Source: Lachnospiraceae bacterium (GTDB taxonomy: Bacteria > Bacillota > Clostridia > Lachnospirales > Lachnospiraceae). From it: a DNA stretch of 64,000 bases. The notes under the pieces were generated by a model. That model searched no databases. It was not told the origin of the DNA and worked only from the letters and a program-made list of their open reading frames with translations. The DNA is taken from assembly GCA_022781985.1 (NCBI GenBank), contig JALESH010000030.1, forward strand, positions 3,474-67,473, given 5' to 3'. Below are positions 36,142-44,224 of the stretch, piece by piece. The position numbers were made by a program, and so were the translations under genes. Position 1 is the first letter of the stretch. Every line of letters begins with the position of its first letter.

Positions 36142-38041
36142 GCTTTTCATTCGTTTGAAACAAAAGGAAAACAGCATACTGGCAGCCCTGCTGGTGCTCC
36201 TCCTCTGTGCTATCATCGGCATCAGGTATGACTATTACTATGATCTGAATGACGATGTGGTCATGAAGGATATCCTGTCGGGGGTCTATACCGGCAGCCC
36301 GGAGGGACGGAATATTCAGATGCTCTATCCCCTGGGTGGGGTCATAGCCCTGGCTTACCGCCTCCTTCCCGGGATCCCGGTATATGGGATCTTCCTGTGC
36401 CTGTGCCAGTTCGGCTGCATCTGGCTGGTGGTGCGCAGGAGCCTGGATCGGGGAAGGTCAGCCCTGTCCAGGGTGCTGCTGCTGGGAGGGGAGGTTATCT
36501 TCATCCTGGCGCTGCTGACAGGGCATCTGGTTTTCGTCCAGTACACCTTTACCAGCGCCATGCTGGCGGCGGCAGCCGCCTTTTTGTTCATCACGTCGGG
36601 GCAGGATGGTTCGGAGACAGGCAAGGCCGCTTTTATCAGGAAGAGCCTGCCCTGCATCCTGACAGCCCTGCTGTCCTATCTCTTTCGGACGGAGCTGATG
36701 CTGCTGCTGCTGCCCCTGCTCTGTGTGGCCGGCGTGTACAGGTGGTCCCTGGAGGAAAGGGTATTTACCAGGGAGAATTTTATAAAATATCTCTCAGTGA
36801 TGGGTGCTGTACTGGCCGGCATGGCGGTTCTGTGGGGCCTGAACAGGGCGGCCTACAGCAGCGGGGAATGGAAGGAGTTTCTCCGTTTCTTTGACAGCCG
36901 CACAGAGGTCTATGATTTTCAGGGCATCCCTCCCTATGAAGGAAATGAGGGGCTGTATGAGAGCCTGGGTATGACAGAGGGGGAACAGTATATGCTGCTG
37001 GATCAGTATAATTTCGGCCTAGAGGAAGGGCTGGATGCAGCCATGCTGGATGAGATCTCGGCATATCAGGCAGGAATCAGGCAAAAGGACAGCTCCTTTT
37101 TATCCCTGTTTGCAGAAAAGCTCAGGCTTTCTCTCTACCGCACCTTACACAGGAGCAGGGATGATTCCCCCTGGAACCTGGCAGTGGCGCTGGGCTATCT
37201 GTGGGTGACGGCAGCCATGGCGCTGGGCGTGCTGCAGAGGCGCGCAGAGGGAGAGACAGGACAGGGAAGGGGCTGCAGAATAAGGAGGGTCATGGGCGGT
37301 CTGGCCGGGGAGCTGTGGAAGCCCCTTTTCCTCTATGCTGTGAGGACGGCTCTGTGGCTGTTTATCCTCATTCGGGGAAGGGATCCGGTGAGGATCACCC
37401 ACTCCCTGTATCTGATGGAGCTCTGCATCCTGGCAGCCATGCTGCAGACAGAGTGGGGACGGCTCAGGACAGGAGCAGGGAGCGCCAAAGAAAAATCCGG
37501 GACAGCCTGCCCCGCCGTTTTCCGGGCAGTCTGCAGGGCAGCTTGTCCTGCATTCCTGACGGTGCTGATGGCGGCAGCCCTGCCGGAGCGTATGGCGGAG
37601 ACTGACAGAGAGTATACGGCCCGGGAGGCCGCCTGTCTGGTGGACAGGGGGATGAAGGAGTACAGCAGGGCCCATGAGGGTGATTTTTATTTCATGGACG
37701 TGTACTCCTCGGTGTCCTATCCGGCAGAGCCCTATGCCTCCACTCCTTATTCGGAGAAGCTGTTTGCAGAGACAGACAACAGGTTGGGCAACTATGACCT
37801 CATGGGCGGGTGGCTGGTGAAAAGCCCCCTGTATAAAAGGAAGCTGGAGCGGTTTGGAATCCCTTCCATGGAGGAGGGGCTTTTGTATATGGAGAATGTA
37901 TACATGATGGCAGAGCTGGAGAAGGGAACGGACTATGTCAGGGATTATTTTGCGGACCGGGGGATAGAGGTCATTCTGATACAGAAGGACAGGATCTGTG
38001 ATCTCATTGGGGTATATAAGATAGAACCGGCAGGGCAGTGA
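36122..38041 (+). CDS. polytopic membrane protein, GT-C-like glycosyltransferase candidate
   Basis: 639 aa. It overlaps the wecE-like 3' end by 20 nt. An acidic cluster DYYYDLNDD (36230..36256) follows the first TM helix. It has many TM helices and a C-terminal soluble domain. Confidence 0.5.
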   Translation: MAMRGHKLFIRLKQKENSILAALLVLLLCAIIGIRYDYYYDLNDDVVMKDILSGVYTGSPEGRNIQMLYPLGGVIALAYRLLPGIPVYGIFLCLCQFGCIWLVVRRSLDRGRSALSRVLLLGGEVIFILALLTGHLVFVQYTFTSAMLAAAAAFLFITSGQDGSETGKAAFIRKSLPCILTALLSYLFRTELMLLLLPLLCVAGVYRWSLEERVFTRENFIKYLSVMGAVLAGMAVLWGLNRAAYSSGEWKEFLRFFDSRTEVYDFQGIPPYEGNEGLYESLGMTEGEQYMLLDQYNFGLEEGLDAAMLDEISAYQAGIRQKDSSFLSLFAEKLRLSLYRTLHRSRDDSPWNLAVALGYLWVTAAMALGVLQRRAEGETGQGRGCRIRRVMGGLAGELWKPLFLYAVRTALWLFILIRGRDPVRITHSLYLMELCILAAMLQTEWGRLRTGAGSAKEKSGTACPAVFRAVCRAACPAFLTVLMAAALPERMAETDREYTAREAACLVDRGMKEYSRAHEGDFYFMDVYSSVSYPAEPYASTPYSEKLFAETDNRLGNYDLMGGWLVKSPLYKRKLERFGIPSMEEGLLYMENVYMMAELEKGTDYVRDYFADRGIEVILIQKDRICDLIGVYKIEPAGQ

Positions 38042-38078
38042 CCGGAAGCCCGGAAACAGGCCGGAGGGAGGCGGATAT

Positions 38079-39623
38079 ATGCAGCAGAATCAGCATGCAG
38101 ACCGGAAGGAGCAGCTACAGCAGGACGGGCCTGTGATGATAAGGGGAGAAAGGATCATCCTGCGCCCCATGGAGGAGCAGGATACAGAGAATATCATAAA
38201 ATGGAGGAACAGCCCCAGGGTACGGAGCTGCTTTATCTACCGGGAGGATTTCACCCCGGAGGGCCACCGCAGGTGGACAGATACCATGATCCGGAAGGGA
38301 CTGGCCCTGCAGTTTATCCTGTGTGAAAAGGAGGGAGGCCGGCCGGTGGGCAGTGTCTACCTCCGGGACATAGATCGGGAGAAAAAGGAGGCGGAATACG
38401 GCATCTTCATCGGGGAGGAGGAGGCAGTCGGAAGGGGCTGGGGCTCAGAAGCGGCCCGGCTGGCGGTGGACTATGCCTTTGAGCAGATGGGGATGGAGAG
38501 AGTGTTCCTGCGGGTCTTCACCGACAATATACCGGCGGTCAAAAGCTATGAAAGGGCAGGCTTTGTCCGGGACGGTATCTTAAAGGACGTGGAGTGCTCC
38601 GATGGGGAGAAAAAGGATATGCTCCTGATGTCGGTGAGCCGGGAGAAGGAGAAGCTGGTCAGCTTTGTCATTCCCTGCTACCGTTCGGAGCAGACCCTGT
38701 CCGGAGTGGTGGCGGAGATAAAGACTGCCATGGGACTTCTCCAAAAGGAGGGGAAAAAGTATGACTATGAGATCATCCTGGTCAACGACTGTTCCCCTGA
38801 TGATACCTTTTTTGTGATCCGGGGCCTCTGCAGGGAGGATGAAAGAATCAAAGGCATCAATCTGGCCAAAAATTTCGGGCAGCATGCGGCACTGATGGCA
38901 GGCTTCCAATTCGTAAAAGGAGACATCACCGTCTGTCTGGACGATGATGGACAGACTCCGGCAGATGAGGTGGGAAAGCTGCTGGCTGCCATTGAGGAGG
39001 GCCTGGATGTGGTGTATGCAAAATACCAGCACAAAAGGCACTCCCTCTTCCGCAACTTCGGCACCTATATGAATGAGGAAATGGCCAGAGTCATGCTGGG
39101 AAAGCCAAAGGAGCTCTACGTTTCCAGTTATTTTGCAGCCCGGCGCTTTGTGATAGAGGATATGAAAAGGTATACCAATGCTTATCCCTATGTGATCGGC
39201 CTGGTGCTGCGAGCAGCAGGAAGGGTGGGCAACGTGTCTGTGGCTCACAGAGAGCGGGAGGTGGGGGCATCGGGCTATACCTTCGGCAAGCTCCTGGGGC
39301 TGTGGTTTAACGGGTTCACGGCTTTCAGTGTAAAGCCCCTGCGGATCGCCACTGCCATAGGCTGTACCTGCTCCGCGGCAGGGTTTCTCTACGGTATCTA
39401 TACGGTGATCAAAAAGTGGGTCAACCCCCATGTGCCGCTGGGCTTCAGCTCCCTGATGGCAGCTACCGTATTTATGGGCGGCATGACCATGATGCTGCTG
39501 GGACTGGTGGGGGAGTATGTAGGCAGGATGTATATTTCCATGAATAATTCCCCTCAATATGTAATCCGGGAGATGATCAATGAAGAGATCAATGAAGACA
39601 TCCATAAAAAACAGATTTCATAA
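38079..39623 (+). CDS. fusion protein: GNAT N-acetyltransferase (PseH/WecD/RimL-like subfamily) + GtrB/ArnC-like polyprenyl-phosphate GT2
   Basis: The N-terminal roughly 185 aa are GNAT-like: RPMEEQDTENIIKWRNSPRVR, AEYGIFIGEEEAVGRGWG and ERAGF. The remainder is GT2-like: SFVIPCYRSE, ILVNDCSPDDT, AKNFGQHAA and CLDDDGQTP. Two C-terminal TM helices end in GLVGEYVGRMY...NNSPQY. Confidence 0.8.
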   Translation: MQQNQHADRKEQLQQDGPVMIRGERIILRPMEEQDTENIIKWRNSPRVRSCFIYREDFTPEGHRRWTDTMIRKGLALQFILCEKEGGRPVGSVYLRDIDREKKEAEYGIFIGEEEAVGRGWGSEAARLAVDYAFEQMGMERVFLRVFTDNIPAVKSYERAGFVRDGILKDVECSDGEKKDMLLMSVSREKEKLVSFVIPCYRSEQTLSGVVAEIKTAMGLLQKEGKKYDYEIILVNDCSPDDTFFVIRGLCREDERIKGINLAKNFGQHAALMAGFQFVKGDITVCLDDDGQTPADEVGKLLAAIEEGLDVVYAKYQHKRHSLFRNFGTYMNEEMARVMLGKPKELYVSSYFAARRFVIEDMKRYTNAYPYVIGLVLRAAGRVGNVSVAHREREVGASGYTFGKLLGLWFNGFTAFSVKPLRIATAIGCTCSAAGFLYGIYTVIKKWVNPHVPLGFSSLMAATVFMGGMTMMLLGLVGEYVGRMYISMNNSPQYVIREMINEEINEDIHKKQIS

Positions 39624-41487
39624 ACTCACATCCCTTTTCCCTGCCGCCTGTGCTGCCGGCCCGGCCCTGCCCGGCATCTCTCTGGCTGCCGTGCTCTGCC
39701 TGCCCAGGCTGCTGAATCTGCAGGGAAGGGAGCTGGCGGTGAGCAACAGCTGGTTCTCTGTCCTGGTATGGGCAGCGCTCTGGCTCCTGCTGAGAAGGGC
39801 AGAGGCTGTCTGCCGGCAGGATGGGAAGGAAGGAAGAGGCCGGGCGGCGGCAGGGCTTCTGGCCTTTTTTTTCAGCCTGTGCCTGGCCTTCGGCAGGGAG
39901 CTGGACTCTGTGGGAAATGTGGACTTTACCGACGGGCTCATGTGGCTGTCCATCCTGGTGTGGACAGTGGTTTTCACCCCCCTGATCCTGGCAGGGTGGA
40001 TAGGGCTGGAAAAATCCGGGGAAAGCGGACAGCCCCCAGGGAGCAGGCCGGTGGGACGGCTGGCAGGAGCTGTAGCATGGTGGGAGGGGCTGTCGGCAGG
40101 CAAGCAGGCAGTGCTCACTGCAGCCTTTTTTCTGCTGAGCTGGCTGCCTGTCTTCCTGGCTGTTTATCCCGGCTTTTTTGTCTATGATGCCCAGGACGAG
40201 CTGCTGCAGGCGCAGACCAGGCAGTTTACCACCCATCATCCCCTGCCCCATGTGGTTCTGCTGGGGGGCATCATACTGGCGGTGCATAAGCTGACAGGCT
40301 CTTATAATGCAGGGATCGCAGCCTATACCCTGCTCCAGATGGCAGTACTGGCGGGCCTGTTTTCCTGTGTGATTTCTTATATGAAAAAGAACGGCGCGGC
40401 ACTCTGGCTGCGGGCTGCGGGCATTCTCTATTTTGCCCTTTTTCCGGTTATCGTCATGTTTTCCCTCTGCTCCGCCAAGGATGGGATTTTCAGCGGAGCG
40501 CTGCTGCTGCTTTTGCTGGCGGTTCTGGATATGGCAAAGGACAGGGAAGCCTTTTTCAGCAGCCGGAAGGGGCCGCTGATTTTTTTCAGCTCCGCCCTGG
40601 TGATGATGAGCTTCCGTCACAATGGGATGTATGCCCTGCTGGTGATGGCACCCATCCTGCTGGCAGCCATGAAGGGCTGCAGGAAAAGGCTTGGTCTCCT
40701 GCTGGCATGGGTCTTTGCCGCCTGGCTTTTGTGCAGTAAAGGGCTTGGGGCAGCCCTGTCAGCGGAGGATCCGGGCAGCCAGGAGCTGCTCACCGTGCCC
40801 ATCCAGCAGCTGGCCCGTGTCTACCGGTATGAGAAGGAGAGCCTGACGGAGGAACAGTGCAGGACTCTGTACGAGATCCTGCCGGAGGAGGCGCTTGCCA
40901 GATATAACCCAAAGCTTTCGGACGGGGTAAAGGTGGACTTTCAGAATGAGGCCTTCCGGAGCCGTCCGGCAAGGTACGCAAGGCTCTGGCTGGAGCTGGC
41001 GGTTTCCCACCCCTTCACCTTCGTGAACGCCTGGCTGATGACCTCCTACGGCTTCTGGTACCCGGATACGGTGATAGATGTGTACCGGGGAAACAGTGTA
41101 TTCACCTACACCTATGAGGACAGCTCCTTCTTCGGCTACGAGGTGGAGCAGCCCGGTGTGAGGGAGAGCAGGCTCCCCTGGCTGGAGGAATGCTACCGCC
41201 GGATGTCCCTGGAGATCACTCAGCAGAGGATTCCCGTGGTCTCCATGCTGTTCTCCCCGGGCTTCCTCTTCTGGCTCTATGCCTTTACCGCAGGCTATGT
41301 CTTCTATCGGAGAAAATACAGCCTGATGCTTCCCTTTGCCCTGCTGTTGCTGGTATGGCTGACTGTGCTCCTGGGCCCTACCTGCCTGCCCAGATACGTG
41401 CTCATCCTCTGGTTTGCCCTCCCGGTGCTCCCGGGCCTGCTGCTGTCCGCTCCCTCCCGGGGCACGGCATCCGGGCCCGGCTTGTAA
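39580..41487 (+). CDS. polytopic membrane protein, GT-C-like glycosyltransferase candidate
   Basis: 635 aa. It overlaps the upstream gene by 44 nt. A YDAQDE motif (40186..40200) follows a TM helix. There are more than 12 hydrophobic helices and an external loop of about 120 aa. Confidence 0.5.
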   Translation: MKRSMKTSIKNRFHKLTSLFPAACAAGPALPGISLAAVLCLPRLLNLQGRELAVSNSWFSVLVWAALWLLLRRAEAVCRQDGKEGRGRAAAGLLAFFFSLCLAFGRELDSVGNVDFTDGLMWLSILVWTVVFTPLILAGWIGLEKSGESGQPPGSRPVGRLAGAVAWWEGLSAGKQAVLTAAFFLLSWLPVFLAVYPGFFVYDAQDELLQAQTRQFTTHHPLPHVVLLGGIILAVHKLTGSYNAGIAAYTLLQMAVLAGLFSCVISYMKKNGAALWLRAAGILYFALFPVIVMFSLCSAKDGIFSGALLLLLLAVLDMAKDREAFFSSRKGPLIFFSSALVMMSFRHNGMYALLVMAPILLAAMKGCRKRLGLLLAWVFAAWLLCSKGLGAALSAEDPGSQELLTVPIQQLARVYRYEKESLTEEQCRTLYEILPEEALARYNPKLSDGVKVDFQNEAFRSRPARYARLWLELAVSHPFTFVNAWLMTSYGFWYPDTVIDVYRGNSVFTYTYEDSSFFGYEVEQPGVRESRLPWLEECYRRMSLEITQQRIPVVSMLFSPGFLFWLYAFTAGYVFYRRKYSLMLPFALLLLVWLTVLLGPTCLPRYVLILWFALPVLPGLLLSAPSRGTASGPGL

Positions 41488-41510
41488 ACCGTGAGTAACT
41501 GTGCTATACT
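41482..41510 (+). promoter_or_regulatory. sigma-A-type promoter (TTGTAA-17-TGcTATACT)
   Basis: -35 at 41482..41487 (overlaps the upstream stop), a 17-nt spacer, TG at 41502..41503 and -10 at 41505..41510. Confidence 0.45.
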
Positions 41511-41533
41511 ACCCATGATTTAGGAGAAATAAT

Positions 41534-44224
41534 ATGTATAAAATAGTAAAAAAGAGCCGTGCCATACAGTGTGTGGTCCTGTTGATGGTTCTGTTTGTGA
41601 TGATCACCATCTATCCCATACGCATGTGGAAGGAAACCATCCCCTCTGTCAGCAACCAGATCCTGGCAGGGGCCTCTGATTTTGTGGATGAAGACTATAT
41701 GCTGCAGCGTTTTATTGCCCAATACAACCATCTGGGCACGGTGAATCTCTATATCACCGAATTTGAAAACGGCTGGGACAGGGATCAGAAGGTGGAATCC
41801 TTCATCTTCCGTATGCTGGACTCCAATATGGAGATCCTGTTTGAGGAGGAGGTGGACACACGGTTCGCCGATATTCCCGGCTTTTGCTCCATATATATCA
41901 ATGAGGACCTGGAGGTGGGGAAGGATTATTACTTCTTCCTGCAGGGCAATAAGGGCAGCCGGATGCGGTTTGGCCTGGAGGAAACCGCCTCCGCAGGCAC
42001 CCGGTATGTCAGCCGCCTGATCTTCAACTACGATCAGCTGGAGGGCTATAACATCATCGGGGAATATAATTACTCAGTGCCTCTGAGAAAGCATAAGGTG
42101 TTTATGCTGTATGGGGTTCTGCTGGCATTTGCAGCAGTATTTACCGGGGCGGTGGAGCTGTATTTCAGAAAGTCCGGGAGGGACAGGCTGATCACCGTGG
42201 AGAGTGCCTTTCGGTTTACGGCCAATGCCCTCATCGGTGCGGGCACCCTGGCTGCCATATGGACCATCACCATCCGACGGTTTTTCAGCGGACTGCTCAC
42301 GGATAATGTCTTTTATACCATAGGCACCCTGCTCTCCAGCCTGGTTCTGCTCTATTGGGTCAACCATAAGAAAAAGAGAGAGGCCTATGAGCCTCTGATC
42401 AAAAAACTCAAGGCCCATGGGCAGGATCTGCTCCAGACCGTATTTCTGGCAGCTTCCGTATGGGCCTGCTGCAGCTATATGAATGGTCTGTATGACATCC
42501 ATCACAGACTGGCTGAGAGACAGTTCCTGGTCTTCTTTACTCTGGCGGCTCTCTGCATGGCCGGGAGGAAGGAGATATTCAACAGGCTGCTGCCGATTTA
42601 CGGAGTGGCGGCAGCAGCTGTGATCCTGTGGTATCATACCTATTATGTAGACTATATCGCCATGGACGAATGGGATATCCGGATCCTCAGATGGGGGATC
42701 CTGGCGGTGGCGCTGGCAGGATATTTCATCCTGAGCCTGGCGGTCCAGCTTGTGCTGAGGCTGGTGAGGAAGCAGGGGGGAGTAAGGCTCTCTCTCTGGT
42801 TCGGCCTGCTTCTGGGTGTTTTCTTTGTACTGCTGGCGGCATACAGGAACACCAGGCAGTGGCCTCTGGTTTTGGTGATTGCCTATACCCTGTTCTATAT
42901 CCGGTATGCCCTCTGGGATAAAAAGGCCCATTTGCTGCAAAATATATGTAACGGACTGCTGCTGCACTTCCTCTGCAGTATGGTGTTCTGCTTTGTACGC
43001 AGGCCCTTCCTGTCCTGGATCTATCCCCGGTATCCGTTTATCTTCCATACGGTGACGGTGACGGCAGTCTATATGACGTTCATCCTCTGTGCGGCCCTGA
43101 TCAGGCTCACGGAAAAGTACCGGGGGATACTCCGGTCAGATGAAAAGCATAAGCTGAAGGAGCTATGGAAGGAGCTGTTCCTGTTCGGCGCCTCTGCAGC
43201 CTACATGCTGTTCACCTGCTCCAGGACAGGCTTTCTGGCGGTGGCGGCGATGATGGCGGTGGTGCTGGGACTGACGGCCCTGGGTCTGGGAAAGGGCTGG
43301 CTGAAAGCCCTGGGCAGGCTGCTGGGGGCCATGACCTGTGCGGTGGCGCTCTGCTTCCCCATCATCTTTACGGCCCAGAGGATCCTGCCGGCGGTATGCA
43401 ATAATGTGTTCCGATACGAGGTAGAGACCTATCCGGATGCCATTACCAGGGGGAATGAATGGGACTCCATGTATTATATTACAGTAGAACGGTTTGCAGA
43501 GGTGTTCAATAACAAGATCTTCGGCATACCGGAGGGAGGCAGCACCTCCTATGAGAGAAGCGAGGAGTATCAGCAGTACCGTGCAAAACGCTTCAACAGC
43601 CAGGGCGATGTGGTCTGGGAGGGCAGCGTGGCCGACATGTACGGGGAGGAGAGCGCGGAAGCCGGAGATACAGAGGGATTAAATGTGATCAGCACCCGTA
43701 CGGAGGAAGAAAGGGCAGCCGATGAGGCCGCAGCCTCTAGGGCAGAGGAAGAGGAGCCCGAGGAGGAAGAGGAGGAAGAGGAGGAAGCCAGTATCTATGA
43801 AACTGCCGAGGACTATGCCAACGGCAGGATGGATATCTTCCGTGCCTATCTGGATCAGCTGGATATGAAGGGGCATGAGGAGATGGGAGCGGTGCTGCCT
43901 GACGGCACCACTGCGGTGCATGCCCACAACATCTACCTCCAGGTGGCCTATGACCATGGCATTTTGGTGGGCATCCTGTTTGTGGCGGTAGGTGCGGCAG
44001 GGTTTATCCAGGCCTGTATCTATTATAAGAGAAAAAATGAACTGGTACCCTGTGCGGCCCTGCCCGCCGGGGCTGTGATCGCCTTTGCTACGGCGGGCCT
44101 GGTGGAGTGGATCTTCCATCTCTGCAATCCGGCTGGGCTGGTGGTGCTCCTGGTGATGGCACCCCTCCTGTTCGATATGGGAAAAAAGGATAAATCTAAT
44201 GGAAAGAAAGAAAAAACCCTTTAA
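41534..44224 (+). CDS. O-antigen-ligase-like (Wzy_C domain) large membrane protein; glycan ligase / O-oligosaccharyltransferase / polymerase candidate
   Basis: 896 aa. FTCSRTGFLAVAAMMAVV and AHNIYLQVAYDHGILVGILF match the O-antigen ligase family signature as I recall it. It has a roughly 170-aa external N-terminal domain and a roughly 170-aa loop containing a poly-Glu run. Confidence 0.7.
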   Translation: MYKIVKKSRAIQCVVLLMVLFVMITIYPIRMWKETIPSVSNQILAGASDFVDEDYMLQRFIAQYNHLGTVNLYITEFENGWDRDQKVESFIFRMLDSNMEILFEEEVDTRFADIPGFCSIYINEDLEVGKDYYFFLQGNKGSRMRFGLEETASAGTRYVSRLIFNYDQLEGYNIIGEYNYSVPLRKHKVFMLYGVLLAFAAVFTGAVELYFRKSGRDRLITVESAFRFTANALIGAGTLAAIWTITIRRFFSGLLTDNVFYTIGTLLSSLVLLYWVNHKKKREAYEPLIKKLKAHGQDLLQTVFLAASVWACCSYMNGLYDIHHRLAERQFLVFFTLAALCMAGRKEIFNRLLPIYGVAAAAVILWYHTYYVDYIAMDEWDIRILRWGILAVALAGYFILSLAVQLVLRLVRKQGGVRLSLWFGLLLGVFFVLLAAYRNTRQWPLVLVIAYTLFYIRYALWDKKAHLLQNICNGLLLHFLCSMVFCFVRRPFLSWIYPRYPFIFHTVTVTAVYMTFILCAALIRLTEKYRGILRSDEKHKLKELWKELFLFGASAAYMLFTCSRTGFLAVAAMMAVVLGLTALGLGKGWLKALGRLLGAMTCAVALCFPIIFTAQRILPAVCNNVFRYEVETYPDAITRGNEWDSMYYITVERFAEVFNNKIFGIPEGGSTSYERSEEYQQYRAKRFNSQGDVVWEGSVADMYGEESAEAGDTEGLNVISTRTEEERAADEAAASRAEEEEPEEEEEEEEEASIYETAEDYANGRMDIFRAYLDQLDMKGHEEMGAVLPDGTTAVHAHNIYLQVAYDHGILVGILFVAVGAAGFIQACIYYKRKNELVPCAALPAGAVIAFATAGLVEWIFHLCNPAGLVVLLVMAPLLFDMGKKDKSNGKKEKTL
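43760..43786 (+). repeat. perfect 9-bp x3 tandem repeat (GAGGAGGAA)3 inside a 14-codon acidic run
   Basis: Read directly. Codons 43745..43786 encode EEEEPEEEEEEEEE. The last 27 nt are three exact GAGGAGGAA units, in frame. Confidence 0.9.

Noticed and set aside
34891-36222. 443-aa minus-strand ORF
   Set aside because: It lies antisense to the WecE-like gene, whose plus-strand translation is near-colinear with a well-known enzyme. The minus-strand product is low-complexity (Pro/Gly/His/Arg-rich).
43745-43786. GAG/GAA-rich repeat, considered as a CRISPR-like or non-coding repeat
   Set aside because: It is in frame within a long ORF and encodes a poly-Glu linker. Only three 9-bp units are present and there are no spacers. 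It is kept only as a minor coding tandem repeat.
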